In this document: positions 50,755 to 62,925 of the stretch, piece after piece
Position numbering within the stretch: position 1 is the first letter of the stretch
How the letters are laid out: the number at the start of each line of letters is the position of its first letter
NCBI RefSeq assembly: GCF_018977255.1
Contig: NW_024704743.1
Location: 113,896,001 to 113,960,000, forward strand
Length of the DNA: 64,000 nucleotides
From: Callorhinchus milii
Taxonomy: Eukaryota
Reading direction: 5' to 3'
Notes under the pieces: model-generated
Databases searched by the model: none
What the model saw: the letters and a program-made list of their open reading frames with translations, nothing else
What the model was told of the DNA's origin: nothing
Position numbers and translations under genes: made by a program

Positions 50755-52849
50755 TGGCCTAACGGTCCACCGACAAATCTGGCTGGACCTCCTCAAAATT
50801 TACCGCTCCACTCTAGCCTCGGCCAAGTCGTCCTTCTACTCCAGGATAATCCTGAGGCGAAGAACAACCCCAGGCTACTGTTTTCCACCACAACCCGACT
50901 CCTCCGTCCCCCCCGCCACCCCGCGCAGGTCATCTCCTCCAACCTTCACTGCGAGGAGATGCTGGATTTCCTTGAATCCAAGATCAAGGGAATTCGCTCC
51001 GCGGTCACTTCCCCTCCAACATCCACCAACCCCCCACCCCCTCACTCCCACACTCCGACTGCTACCCATCCTCCCCTACTCACTTTTGTACCCGTTTCCC
51101 CACCCTCTGTCACCAAACTCATCCTATCCCTGAAACCAACCACCTGCTCCCTTGACCCCATCCCCACTCCACTCCTTATCTCCCAGCTCCACTTTCTTGC
51201 CCCACATATCACCGACATCATCAACCTGTCCCTCTCCTCTGGCTCTGTCCCCATTCCCTTAAAAACTGCCACCATCACGCCCACCCTGAAAAAACCCTCC
51301 CTTGATGCGTCGCAGCTATCAAGCTACCGGCCCATCTCCAACCTCCCCTTTCTCTCCAAGGTCCTGGAAAGAGTTGTCGCCTCCCAACTGCGCTCTTTCC
51401 TTTCCACCCATTCACTTTTCGAACCCCTTCAGTCAGGTTTCCGTGCTGCCCATAGCACAGAAACTGCCCTGGTCAAGGTCACCAATGATATCCTGACCAT
51501 CTGTGACCAGGGCTCCCTCTGTCTCCTCGTCCTCCTCGACCTATCGGCAGCATTCGATACGGTCGACCACGCTATCCTACTCCACCGCTTGTCCTCCCAC
51601 CTCAACCTTCAAGGCACTGTCCTTGAGTGGTTTAGGTCGTACCTTTCTCACCGTCTTCACTTTGTCTCACAAATGGCTTCTCCTCCACCCCCCGCACTGT
51701 CTCATGTGGTGTCCCTCAGGGCTCTGTCCTCGGTCCCCTCCTCTTCACCCTCTATATGCTCCCCCTTGGTGACATCATCCGCAGACATGGAGTTAACTTC
51801 CACATGTATGCGGATGACACCCAACTCTACCTTTCCTCCTCTACTCTCAACTCCACGACCACCGATGTCCTGACAGCCTGCCTGTCCGACATCGAGTCCT
51901 GGACGAGAGACAACTTTCTTCAGCTCAACGTGCGAAAAACCGAGGCCCTCCTGATTGGCTCACGTCAGCGCCTCCGCACCTCAGGCGCCGACACCATCAG
52001 CATCCAAGGCTGCACTCTCCACCTCTCAAAGCCAGTCAGGAACCTCGGCGTTTTGTTCGACCCTGAGCTGCCCTTTCTCCCTCACATCCGCACCACAACT
52101 GGCACCGCCTTCCATCACCTCCGGAACATCGCCAGACTACGGCACTACCTCACCCCTCACGCTGCTGAAACCCTGGTCCACGCCTTTGTCACCTCAAGGC
52201 TGGACTATGGGAACTCTCTCCTCGCCGGCCTTCCCGCCACCTCCCTCCACAAGCTGCAGGTCATTCAGAACTCTGCAGCTCGTGTACTGTCCCGCACCAG
52301 GCTTCGCGACCACATCACTCCCACCCTCGCTCGCCTCCACTGGCTCCCCATCCCCCAGAGGATTGATTTCAAGATCCTCATCCTCACCTATAAGGCCATT
52401 CACGGCCTTGCTCCCTCCTACCTCTCTGACCTACTATCCCCCTACCTACCCGCCCGTACCCTCCGTTCCTCTGGCTCCGGTCTGCTCCACGTCCCCCGCC
52501 CCAACCGCCCTACCATCGGTGGTCGGGCCTTCAGCCTCTCAGCCCCAGGCTCTGGAACTCCATCCCCCAGTGCCTTCGCCTTGCTTCCTCCCTTTCCTCC
52601 TTCAAGGCCGGTCTCAAAACCTTTCTCTTTGACCGAGCCTTCAGCTCCCCTCTCGACTCTCTTCCCCCTCCTCGCTCCCTCCCTTCCCTCCCCTCACCCT
52701 GACCATTTCCCCCCTCCTCGCTCCCTCCCTTCCCTCCCCTCACCCTGACCATTTCCCCCCTGCTCGGGTCCTGACCCAATTGTGCAGCGCCTTGGGATGT
52801 CCTCCTGACGTGAAAGGCGCTTTATAAATGGAATCTTGTTGTTGTTGTT
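50752..52849 (+). mobile_element. Young L2 LINE, 5'-truncated (~2.1 kb), RT domain with frameshifts
   Basis: 304-aa and 330-aa ORFs with [43 protein letters not shown]; tttatc at both junctions. Confidence 0.96.
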
Positions 52850-53356
52850 TATCCATTCAACCATTGAACAGCCTTTTTTAAATGTTTGAAGCTATTTCAA
52901 GATGTTGTTGTGGCAATACCTCTGTACGAGACGATGCAGGTAATTATTGGCCTCTTGGTGGGAGAGCAAGAAAGCTTTAGGCATTCAGGCTGGTAATTAC
53001 CATGGTTTTTGTCCCTTGCTGGACCATTAGGAAAGGTCAATTAAAATCTTTCACTGCCCAACAAATTACAAAATGGTAGGTTTCTGATCATTCAGGTTGA
53101 TTTGGAGATGTTGGTTAAGGAATAGAGCTATTTTGTTAGTACCTTCCTTCCACTTCAATTATATGTTTGACTTATGAGGGCAGTAAGAGTTGTATGATTT
53201 GGTCTGCTTTGCAGAATTGCACTTGGTACCACTATTTTAGCTGTTTCTGTGCAACTATATTAACACCAGGAGAATTGGTGACGCAGAGTTGAAAAAGGCT
53301 TTACCAAATGAGAATGGAATAGTTATACCAAAATTATTAAGCACAGGACCAATGTT

Positions 53357-53742
53357 ACAACAACAACAACTTGGATTTATGTAGCACCCTCCAAGCCGAA
53401 TGGTGTCTCAGAGCGCTTCACAGTAACGGATCCCGGGACCGAGCCAGGCGGAGGGGAGGAAGGTGGCCAAAGGTGCGGTCGAAAAGAAAGGTCTTCAGCA
53501 GAGACCTGAAAATAGGAAGAGAGGGAGCGAGGCAAAGGGAGTGAGGAAGGGAGTTCCAGAGCCTCGGGGCATAGTGGCTGAAGGCACGGCCGCCAAGGGT
53601 TGAGCGGAGGACTCGGAGGACAAGGAGGAGGCCAGACCCGGAGGAACGAAGGCAACGAGCACTGTTTTGAGGAGAGAGGTCAGAGAGGTCGGGGGCTGCA
53701 GAGGAGTGCAGGGATTTGAATACAAGGGTGAGGATCTTGAAA
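53357..53742 (-). mobile_element. L2 3' fragment (second subfamily)
   Basis: (CAA)n on +; ggcatagtggctgaaggcacgg is the reverse complement of RAFSHYAP codons. Confidence 0.8.
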
Positions 53743-54005
53743 TGTTAGGAATTACAATATCCTTTTTTCTAAAAGTATTTTTGATTTGAAGAATACAAAT
53801 GGATAGTATGATTCAGCATAGAAACAGGCCATTCTGACCAACCAGTCCATGCAGAAATTGTTAAATGTGACTTGTGTTTAAGATACTACATTTTCAGAAT
53901 CAAACCAGTGGTACGATTTGATTCTTGTTTCCCGACATGAAAGGAGCTATACAAATGTAATTTTGTATTGTATTTAATAACTTAACTGTTTTTGTGTCTT
54001 GACAG

Positions 54006-54178
54006 CCCTAAACGTAGCACTGAGAAACGTCATCGTGAGCAAGAAAATAAATATATTGAAGAACTTGCTGAGCTGATATTTGCTAATTTTAATGACATTG
54101 ATAACTTCAATGTAAAACCAGACAAATGTGCAATCTTAAAAGAAACTGTGAAACGAATTCGTCATATAAAAGAGCAGG
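54006..54178 (+). CDS. NCOA2: NCOA2 bHLH exon: [57 protein letters not shown]
   Basis: ttttgtgtcttgacag acceptor, G|gtaag donor at 54179, 173 nt. p160 coactivator b[15 protein letters not shown] favours NCOA2 over NCOA1/3. I did not see the next coding exon in the window. Confidence 0.96.
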
Positions 54179-55382
54179 GTAAGTTGCTTTATATCCATAG
54201 TAAATCTAAGTTTGACAAATGTTACAAGTATGGTGATGCAATGGTAGGACTTCACTATTCTGATGGATCCAATTCAGTGGTCTTATATTTCTCTACCTGA
54301 ACGCTTGATCTTGAATCAGTTGTTCGCTTGGCAAAGTCACCTCTTCACCATCTGGTGTTAGTCTTTTAAGTAATTACACGTAATAAAGGTTCACAACAAC
54401 TTCTTAGCAGAATGGTTTGAGATCAAAATTGCTCTTCATGTGTTTTGGGCTGCTTCGATTTACTCCCATGACATGATTTTCAAACATATGGATTTTTTCT
54501 TGTGGCTGGCTTGGAACAGTAATGTAAATTCTAATAAAAATAAAGGATACTTCACTGGTGAAGAATGTTTGTTTTCCAGAAGTGTGAGACCTATAATTCA
54601 TAATAGTCTTTTCCATGTGAATGTCTAGAATTTGTGCTGAAGCTTTTGGCTTTACCAGCAAGTCGTACATGAAATGCATAGCTTTAGCATGTTATGGCAC
54701 ACATCGGCAGCTTAATAAAATGTAAAATAAAAACTTAGGTTAATATAATTTGCATAACAGGATAGGCTAACTTTTGTGGAGTTGGCATTCCAGAGGCTGA
54801 CATGAAACTCTACCATAAATGTTTGAGAGATTGGGTCAGTGTAAAAATTAAACTTTGAAAGAAACGAAGAATAAACAATGAATGTTTTTTTAAAAAGTAT
54901 AATTTAGGATCTACTACATTAAGTGAATAAAGTTGTAATGACTTGAAGAATTGTTTGGGATGTTTTAAAAAGTAACTCAGCCTGTGAGGGATGTGACAAA
55001 GGCGGGGAAAAACGATTAAAAATTTACAATGATAAATAAAAGGACTATGTTGTTGAATTTTAATTACTGTATGACTCCTTTTTTGTCTTTATAGACAAGT
55101 ACGTTGTCTGCAGTTTTTCATTATAAACATTTTAAACTTCAGCCAACTATGGCGATGATGTTTCTTTCCATTGGAGTAGTCTCAATCTGCATACATTTGC
55201 AACACTTGCAGGATACTTATTTTTTAGTTAACCACGCTTAATGCAATTTAAAAAAATATTGTTCTGTCCAAAGTTGTCTGGTCATGGCTGATGCCACTTT
55301 TTTCACTATGTGCTTTAAATGTTGTAATTTCACTGTGTCAGTGGTGACCTGGCACCCTACAAGTCAGTCACTGCTTCATACA

Positions 55383-55985
55383 CAAAAACAGAAGTCGCTG
55401 GGAACACTCAGCAGGTCAGGCAGCACCTGTGGAGAAAGGCAAGTGAGTCAACATTTTGGGTCCACGATCCTTCGTCAGAACTGGGGCATGTTGGGAGGGA
55501 GAGACATTTAAGGGCTAACAGAGAAGGGGGAGGCAGGGCAAGGAGGACAAAGGAGAAAATGGGGTAGAGAACAGGGTATGATGGGTTAAAGAGGTGTTAG
55601 TGATGCAAAACAAAGGAGGGGGATTGCAACAAAATAGGCAGACCAGAGAGAGAAAAGGTGTGTGGGACCCAGATGATGTAATGGTCAAAGAAGAGAGGGA
55701 GGGGGAAGGTAAGCTGTTATGGTTTGAAATCAATATTGAGGCCAGAGGGCTGTCAGGTCCCTAGCAGATAAATGAGGTGCTGTTCCTCGACCTTGCACTG
55801 TGGCTCATTGGAACAGTGTAGGAGACTATGAATGGAGAGGTCAGAGTGCGATTGGGCAGCAGAGTTGAAGTGGCAAGAAACGGGAAGCTCAGGGTTGTGC
55901 TTGTGGACAGAACGGAGGTGTTTGGCAAATCGGTCACCCAATCTGTTTCGTCTACTCAATGTAGAGGAGACCACAAAGTGAAGCC
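55383..55985 (-). mobile_element. Penelope-like element relic: GIY-YIG endonuclease C-terminus plus terminal repeat with decayed hammerhead motif
   Basis: CGLLYIE*TK / RLGDRFAKHLRSV...LPVSCHFNS...EEQHLIYLLGT*QPSGLNIDF; ctgacgaaggatcgtggacccaaaatgtt on - at about 55450-55478. Confidence 0.82.
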
Positions 55986-56616
55986 ACTACTTCACTTTGC
56001 TTATGACGTGGCCAGTGAGATATTGGAGCCAGCCGACCACATTAAAATAGGGCTTCAATGTATTTGTAGATGAACTATTCTTCTGATCACCATAAGTAGA
56101 CACCTCTACCCCATTTTGTGAACTTAACTCTTTTTCAGGTAAACTTTGGGTTTGGTTTGTTTGTATATGGTTGTGAAGCATATTTTTTGTTTCGATAGCC
56201 AGGATTGAGTACTCCTGGGTCAGATATAAACTCGCCTAGCACAGAGTAAACATTCACTCATGTCAGTCATCTGACTTTTTCAGTGTGACTGCCGCATTGC
56301 ACTTTTCAGTTTGAACTTACCTGCAACAAGAACAGAGAAAGAACTGCCTGAATTTGTCCCCAACTAGGAATCATTTGGCAGATACTGAGAATGTCTGTCA
56401 TCCATAATGACTGTGGCTAGTGATCATCTGTTAAATATTTGTCAGTTCTGTTGCCTCATTGTTACCTTTTTTCGACCATGCGCCTTTTGAGATTGTGAGA
56501 TTTTGCATTGAAATAAATGAGGCAACAGTTTCTTTATCCCCCTCTCTCTATCCTGACATATATCTAAGTTTGTGTTAAAGTCTTCCAGTTACAGTGCTCT
56601 GAATTTATGTAATTCT

Positions 56617-57275
56617 ACAACAAAATTACATTTATATGGCCCCTTTCACGTTGGGAGGATGTCTCAAGGTGCTGGACAGACAGAGTTTCGGACCCGAGCT
56701 GGGGGTCGGGGAATGTGGAGGGCAGGGGGAAAGCAGGAAGATCAAAAGCACGGTCAAATAGGAGGGTCTTGAGATGGGTCTTGAAGGAGCAAGGGTCTGC
56801 GGGGTGGAGTTCCAGAGTGTGGGGGCAGAGTGGCGGAAGGCCCGCCCGCCAATAGTGGGGCGAGCAAGGAGGGGGACGTGAAGAAGGCTGGAGCGTGCTG
56901 AGCGGAAGGAGCGAGCAGGATGGTAGGGGGTTAGGAGGTCGCAGAGGTAGGGGGGAGCAAGACTAATGGAGGGCTTTGAAAGTGAGGACTAGGATCTTGA
57001 ACTGTATCTTCTGTGTGATGGGATGCCAATGGAGTTGGGTGAGGATGGGGGTGATAGGGTCGCGGAACCTAGTGCAGGAGAGGACGTGGGCTGCAGAGTT
57101 CTGGATGATCTGCAGCCAGTGGAGGGAGGAGTTGGGGAGGCCGACAAGCAATGAGTTTGCATACTCAAGCCTCAAAAGCATGTATGAGGGTTTTGGTGGC
57201 CTGCATGTGAGACAGTGGTGGAGCTTTGCGATGTTGTGTTGGGGGAAGACAGAGTGGGTCATGGCGCAGATGTGG
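56617..57275 (-). mobile_element. L2 3' fragment
   Basis: LQIIQNSAAHVLS, LHWHPI..KIQFKILVLTFKALH. Confidence 0.88.
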
Positions 57276-57465
57276 CCCTTAAATGTGGATTAATGTGAAT
57301 TTAAGATGTGGATTAAATTCTAGTGTTTAATTTACAAGGTTTAACAATAATACTGTATTTACATTTGATATAGAGCCTCTCAATGGGGATATCTCAAAAG
57401 CCCTTCACAGGATATTCTGTAAAGTGTAGTGATAGTGTATTTTTATACATATACTTTGTATATAC

Positions 57466-57694
57466 TTGCCTTGCTTCCTCCCTTTTCTCCTTCAAGGCCG
57501 GTCTCAAGACCTTTCTCTTCAACAGTGCCTTCAGCTCCCCTCTCAACTCTCTACCCACTCCTCGCTCCCTCCCTTCCCTCCCCTCACCCTGACCATTTCC
57601 CCCCTGCTCGGGTCCTGACCCAACTGTCCAGCGCCTTGGGACGTCCTCCCGACATGAAAGGCGCTCTATAAATGCAATCTTATTGTTGTTGTTA
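57466..57694 (+). mobile_element. Short L2 3' end
   Basis: [18 protein letters not shown], one UTR repeat unit, tail. Confidence 0.88.
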
Positions 57695-58625
57695 TGGATG
57701 AACGTATTTTCATTGTAACTAAACACAATCATAAGTTCTTGCAATTTCTCTTTTACTGGGCCCCACTGACTAGCTTTGAATAAGATCTTATATACCTTGT
57801 TAATTGTCACAGATAAAGCTGTGCAAACCTAAACTAATCCTTGTTCACTAACTGTGTAACAATATGTCTCTCAGTACAAGAGCAGAAGGTAACAGCAGTA
57901 TCTTCGACATGTTGACACATCAGGAGGGACGTGGACCTGGAGTCACACTGACCTGTCTATTGGGCAGGTCTCGAAAGCACTCCAGGTGCCCACTCATGCC
58001 ATCTGGGTACTTTGGATGTGTGAGCACCTGGTAATGTTGGGACCTATGGTCATATTTAAATTCCAAACACTATACAAATCTCAACACTTCAATACTTCTC
58101 CCATCCCCCCAAAGGAATTAATTCAAATTCCTTAGCCTCACATTCATAATCCTCCACAACTTTATCCTACTCTGCCTTTGTGACCACCTACAACCTACCC
58201 ACGCCCTCTATTCAGCAAACATGGCATGCTTTTTATCACTTGCCCGAACTTTTTTTCTCTTTTTGTTACCCTCTTCCCCCACCCCCCATTCCCCAAGCTT
58301 TCAACTGTTCTGCTCCCGCTCCATAATGGAGTCGCTCCTCCTTGCCCCCTTCCCTGCTTTAACTCCCACTTTAAGATCTATCTTTTCGACTATGCTTTTG
58401 GGCACCTTTCTCATCCCTCCCTAATTACTGTACAGGATGCGGTTATTTGTGGGTGAACACAACAGCCAATTTGCACGCAGACATGTCCCGCAGCCATAAC
58501 ATAAATGACTAATTTTTATTTGGGGGGATGGTTGGCTAGGCCACAAGAAGAAACTCCCTTTGAATAGTATAACAAGATCTTTAGCATCCATCTGAACAGG
58601 CAGATGGGACCTCAGTTTAAAAAAA

Positions 58626-58835
58626 ACTTTGCATTTTGATATAGCGCTTTTCATGTCTTCTAGACGTCTCAAAACACTTCACAGAATATACTGTAAAGTG
58701 AATTTACTGTACATTTGTGGGCGAAACGTGGCAGCCAATTACGCACAGCAGTGTCCCATAAACAGTCATGGTTTGAAGTGACTAATTTTATTATTGTTTT
58801 TTTCTTGAGGGATTATTATTAGGCATGTGGAGTAA
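58626..58835 (-). mobile_element. tRNA-SINE split by an L2 insertion (remainder at 62300-62319)
   Basis: ...aggcatgtggagtaa | L2 | agtaaggaaacttgcccaag is collinear with intact copies. Confidence 0.88.
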
Positions 58836-59684
58836 CAACAACAACAAGATTTCATTTATAGAGCGCCTTTCACGTCCGGAGGACGTCCCAAGGCGCTGGG
58901 CAGTTGGGTCAGGACCCGAGCAGGGGGGAAAGGGTCAGGGTGAGGGGAGGGAAGGGAGGGAGCGAGGAAGGGGTAGAGAGTCAAGAGGGGAGCTGAACGC
59001 ACGGTCAAAGAGAAAGGTCTTGAGACCGGCCTTGAAGGAGGAAAGGGAGGAGGCAAGACGAAGGCACTGGGGGATAGAGTTCCAGAGCCTAGGAGCTGAG
59101 AGGCTGAAGGCCCGGCCACCGATGGTAGGGCGGTTAGGGCGGGGGATTTGGAGCAGACCGGAGCCAGAGGAACGGAGGGTACGGCAGGTAGGTAGGGGGA
59201 TAGTAGGTCAGAGAGGTAGGAGGGAGCAAAACCGTGAATGGCCTTGTAGGTGAGGATGAGGATCTTGAATTCGATCCTCTGGGGGATGGGGAGCCAGTGG
59301 AGGCGAGCGAGGGTGGGAGTGATGTGGTCCCGAAGCCTGGTGCGGGACAGTACACGAGCTGCAGAGTTCTGAATGACCTGCAGCTTGTGGAGGGAGGTGG
59401 CGGGAAGGCCGGCGAGGAGAGAGTTCCCATAGTCCAGCCTTGAGGTGATAAAGGCGTGGACCAGAGTTTCAGCAGCGTGAGGGGTGAGGTAGTGCCGTAG
59501 TCTGGCGACATTCCGGAGGTGATGGAAGGCGGTGCCAGTTGTGGTGCGGATATGAGGAAGAAAGGACAGCTCAGGATGGAACAGAGCACCGAGGTTCCTG
59601 ACTGGCTTTGAGAGGTGGAGAGTGCAGCCTTGGATGCTGATGCAGTCAGCGCCTGAGGTGCGGAGGCGCTGACGCGAGCTAATC
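58834..59684 (-). mobile_element. 3' part of host L2
   Basis: 280-aa [14 protein letters not shown]...; tail at 58834-58900. Confidence 0.95.
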
Positions 59685-60634
59685 TGGACGAGAGACAACT
59701 TTCTTCAGCTCAACGTGCGAAAAACCGAGGCCCTCCTGATTGGCTCACGCCAGCGCCTCCGAACCTCAGGCGCTGACACCATCAGCATCCAAGGCTGCAC
59801 TCTCCACCTCTCAAAGCCAGTCAGGAACCTCGGCGTTTTGTTCGACCCTGAGCTGTCCTTTCTCCCTCACATCCGCACCACAACTGGCACCGCCTTCCAT
59901 CACCTCCGGAACATCGCCAGACTACGGCATTACCTCACCCCTCACGCTGCTGAAACCCTAGTTCATGCCTTTATCACCTCAAGGCTGGACTATGGGAACT
60001 CTCTCCTCGCCGGCCTTCCCGCCACCTCCCTCCACAAGCTGCAGGTCATTCAGAACTCTGCAGCTCGTGTACTGTCCCGCACCAGGCTTCGGGACCACAT
60101 CACTCCCACCCTCGCTCGCCTCCACTGGCTCCCCATCCCCCAGAGGATTGATTTCAAGATCCTCATCCTCACCTACAAGGCCATTCACGGCCTTGCTCCC
60201 TCCTACCTCTCCAACCTACTATCCCCCTACCTACCTGCCCGTACCCTCCGTTCCTCTGGCTCCGGTCTGCTCCACGTCCCCCGCCCCAACCGCCCTACCA
60301 TCGGTGGTCGGGCCTTCAGCCTCTCAGCCCCGAGGCTCTGGAACTCCATCCCCCAGTGCCTTCGCCTTGCTTCCTCCCTTTCCTCCTTCAAAGCCGGTCT
60401 CAAAACCTTTCTCTTTGACCGAGCCTTCAGCTCCCCTCTCGACTCTCTTCCCCCTCCTCGCTCCCTCCCTTCCTTCCCCTCACCCTGACCATTTCCCCCT
60501 CCTCGCTCCCTCCCTTCCCTCACCCTGACCATTTCCCCCCTGCTCGGGTCATGACCCAACTGTGCAGCGCCTTGGGACGTCCTCCTGACGTGAAAGGCGC
60601 TTTATAAATGGAATCTTGTTGTTGTTGTTGTTGT
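59684..60634 (+). mobile_element. Young 5'-truncated L2 inserted antisense into the host L2
   Basis: Open 257-aa C-terminal ORF, (TTG)n tail, TAATC at both junctions. Confidence 0.95.
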
Positions 60635-62300
60635 AATCAGGAGTGCCTCAGTTTTGCGCACGTTGAGCTGAAGAAAGTTGTCTCTCGTCCAGGACTCAAT
60701 GTCGGACAGGCAGGCTGTCAGGACATCGGTGTTCGTGGAGTTGAGGGTAGAAGAGGAAACGTAGAGTTGGGTGTCATCCGCATACATGTGGAAGTTAACC
60801 CCATGTCTGCGGATGATGTCACCAAGGGGGAGCATATAGAGGGTGAAGAGGAGGGCACCGAGGACAGAGCCCTGAGGGACACCGCATGAGACAGTGCGGG
60901 GGCTGGAGGAAAAGCCGTTTGTGGAAACAAAATGAAGACGGTGGGAGAGGTACGACCTAAACCACTCAAGGACAGGGCCTTGAAGGTTGAGGTGGGAGGA
61001 CAAGCTGTGGAGTAGGATAGCGTTGTTGACCGTATCGAATGCGGCTGATAGGTCGAGGAGGACGAGGAGGCAAAGGGATCCCTGGTCGCAGATGGTCAAG
61101 ATGTCATTGGTGACCTTGACCAGGGCGGTTTCTGTGCTATGGGCAGCACGGAAACCCAACTGAAGGGGTTCGAATAATGAATGGGTGGAGAGGAAAGAAC
61201 GCAGCTGGGAGGTCACGACTCTTTCAAGGACCTTGGACAGGAAGGGGAGGTTGGAGATGGGCCGGTAGCTTGATAGCTGCGACACATCAAGGGAGGGTTT
61301 TTTTAAAGTGGGAGTGATGGGGGCAGTTTTTATGGGAATGGGAACAGAGCCAGAGGAGAGGGACAGGTTGATGATGTCTGTGAGAAGTGGGGCGAGGAGG
61401 TGGAGCTGGAAGATAAGGAGTGGAGTGGGGATGGGGTCAAGGGAGCAGGTGGTGGGTTTCAGGGACAGGATGCGGTTGTTGACAGAGGGTGGGGAAACGG
61501 GTTCGAAGGTGTGTAGGGCAGGATGGGTAGCAGTTGGAGTGTGGGAGGGAAGGGGTGGGGGGTGGGTGGAAGTTGGAGGGGCAGTGACCGCAGAGCGAAT
61601 TTCCTTGATTTTGGATTCAAGGAGATCCAGCATCTCCTCGCAGTGAAGGTTGGAGAAGATGATCTGTGCGGGATGGCAGGGGGCACGGAGGAGTCGGGAT
61701 GTGGTAGAGAACAGAAGCCTGGGGTTGTTCTTCGCCTCCAGGATTATCCTGGAGTAGAAAGATGACTTGGCCCAGGCTAGAGTGGAGCGGTAGATTTTGA
61801 GGAGGTCCAGCCAGATTTGTCGGTGGACCGTTCGGCCAGATTTGAGGTTCAGCGGCCCGCACCTGACTCTTCAGTGAGTGGAGGTGGATGATGAACCAGG
61901 GGGAAGAGCGAGCTTAAGAGACAGTACGGGAGGTGATGGAGTGTCGAGTGTGGAGGAGAGGGTGTTGTGGAGGAGGGTTGAGAGCAGAAGAGGGGTCAGT
62001 GAGGGATGAGGGCCAGAGGGAGAGGAGTTCAGAGGACTCCAAGGCAGCGGTTAGGGATTGTGGGGATAACTTCTTCCAGGGGCGGTAGAAGATGGTGGTG
62101 GGTCTGGTGGAGGTGGGGAGATGGGTGGAGGTGGTGAAGGAGATGAAGCGGTGATTGGAGACGGCCTTGTCGGTAATGATGACATCCGAGACACTGAGGC
62201 CCCAAGTGATCACCAAATCGAGTGGGTGGCCGTGACTGTGAATGGCAGCGTTGATATGGAGGGAGAGGTTGAGCGAGGAGAGCAGGGAGGAGAAGTCCAA
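60634..62300 (-). mobile_element. 5' part of host L2 (end of endonuclease region plus RT)
   Basis: HSHGHPLDLVIT...SNHRFISF (APE C-terminus); 343-aa RT ORF with MYADDTQ ending at KTEALLI. Confidence 0.95.
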
Positions 62301-62424
62301 GTAAGGAAACTTGCCCAAGCCGGGATCTTAATATCTCATATCTGTCCTGCCGGAAGTTTGTTATCTCATCCGACTGACAGCATCTCCAAGAATGCAGCGT
62401 TCTCCTGTCACGTTGGAGTGTCAA

Positions 62425-62925
62425 TACAGTTACATTTATATAGGGCCTTTCGCTTCGGGAGAATGTCTCAAAGTGCTTTACTTTGGCTGGGATTACACTC
62501 AACCTGGGATTGTGGGAGCTGAATTGGGTAGTAAGGGGAAAGATGGTCAAAAAGCACGGTCAAAGAGTCAAGTGTTGAGGTGGGCTTTGAAAATCGGAGG
62601 GTGGGGGTGGATCAGAGGGACGCCAGAATGGAGTCCCAGAGAAAGGAACAGAATGGCTGAAAACCTGCCCACCAGTAGTGTGGCGGAGATGGCGGAAGAT
62701 ATTGAAGCTGGCCAATGTTTGTTGAGCAAAGGGAACAGCTCAGTCAGTGAGGTTGAAGGAGGTCACAGAAGTTGGATGGAACGAGGCCATGGAAAGATTT
62801 GAAAGTGAGAGCAAGGATCTTACGGGATGGGGAGCCAGCGGAACCAAATGAAGATGGGGGTGATAGGCTCATGGAACCTGGTCCAGGAAATGAAACCAGC
62901 TACTCAATTCTGGATAGTCTGAAGC
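62425..62925 (-). mobile_element. Decayed L2 3' fragment
   Basis: Tail ttacatttatatagggcctttcgc; ttgaaagtgagagcaaggatctt and gggagccag on + (ILALTFK, WLP). Confidence 0.7.

Noticed and set aside
50959..52748. Intact RT gene or novel RT system (also 60602-61633)
   Set aside because: 5'-truncated, frameshifted or interrupted L2 ORF2 pieces with no complete endonuclease or ORF1.
53992..54300. 102-aa standalone ORF
   Set aside because: It is the NCOA2 exon read through into intron on both sides; splice sites define 54006-54178.
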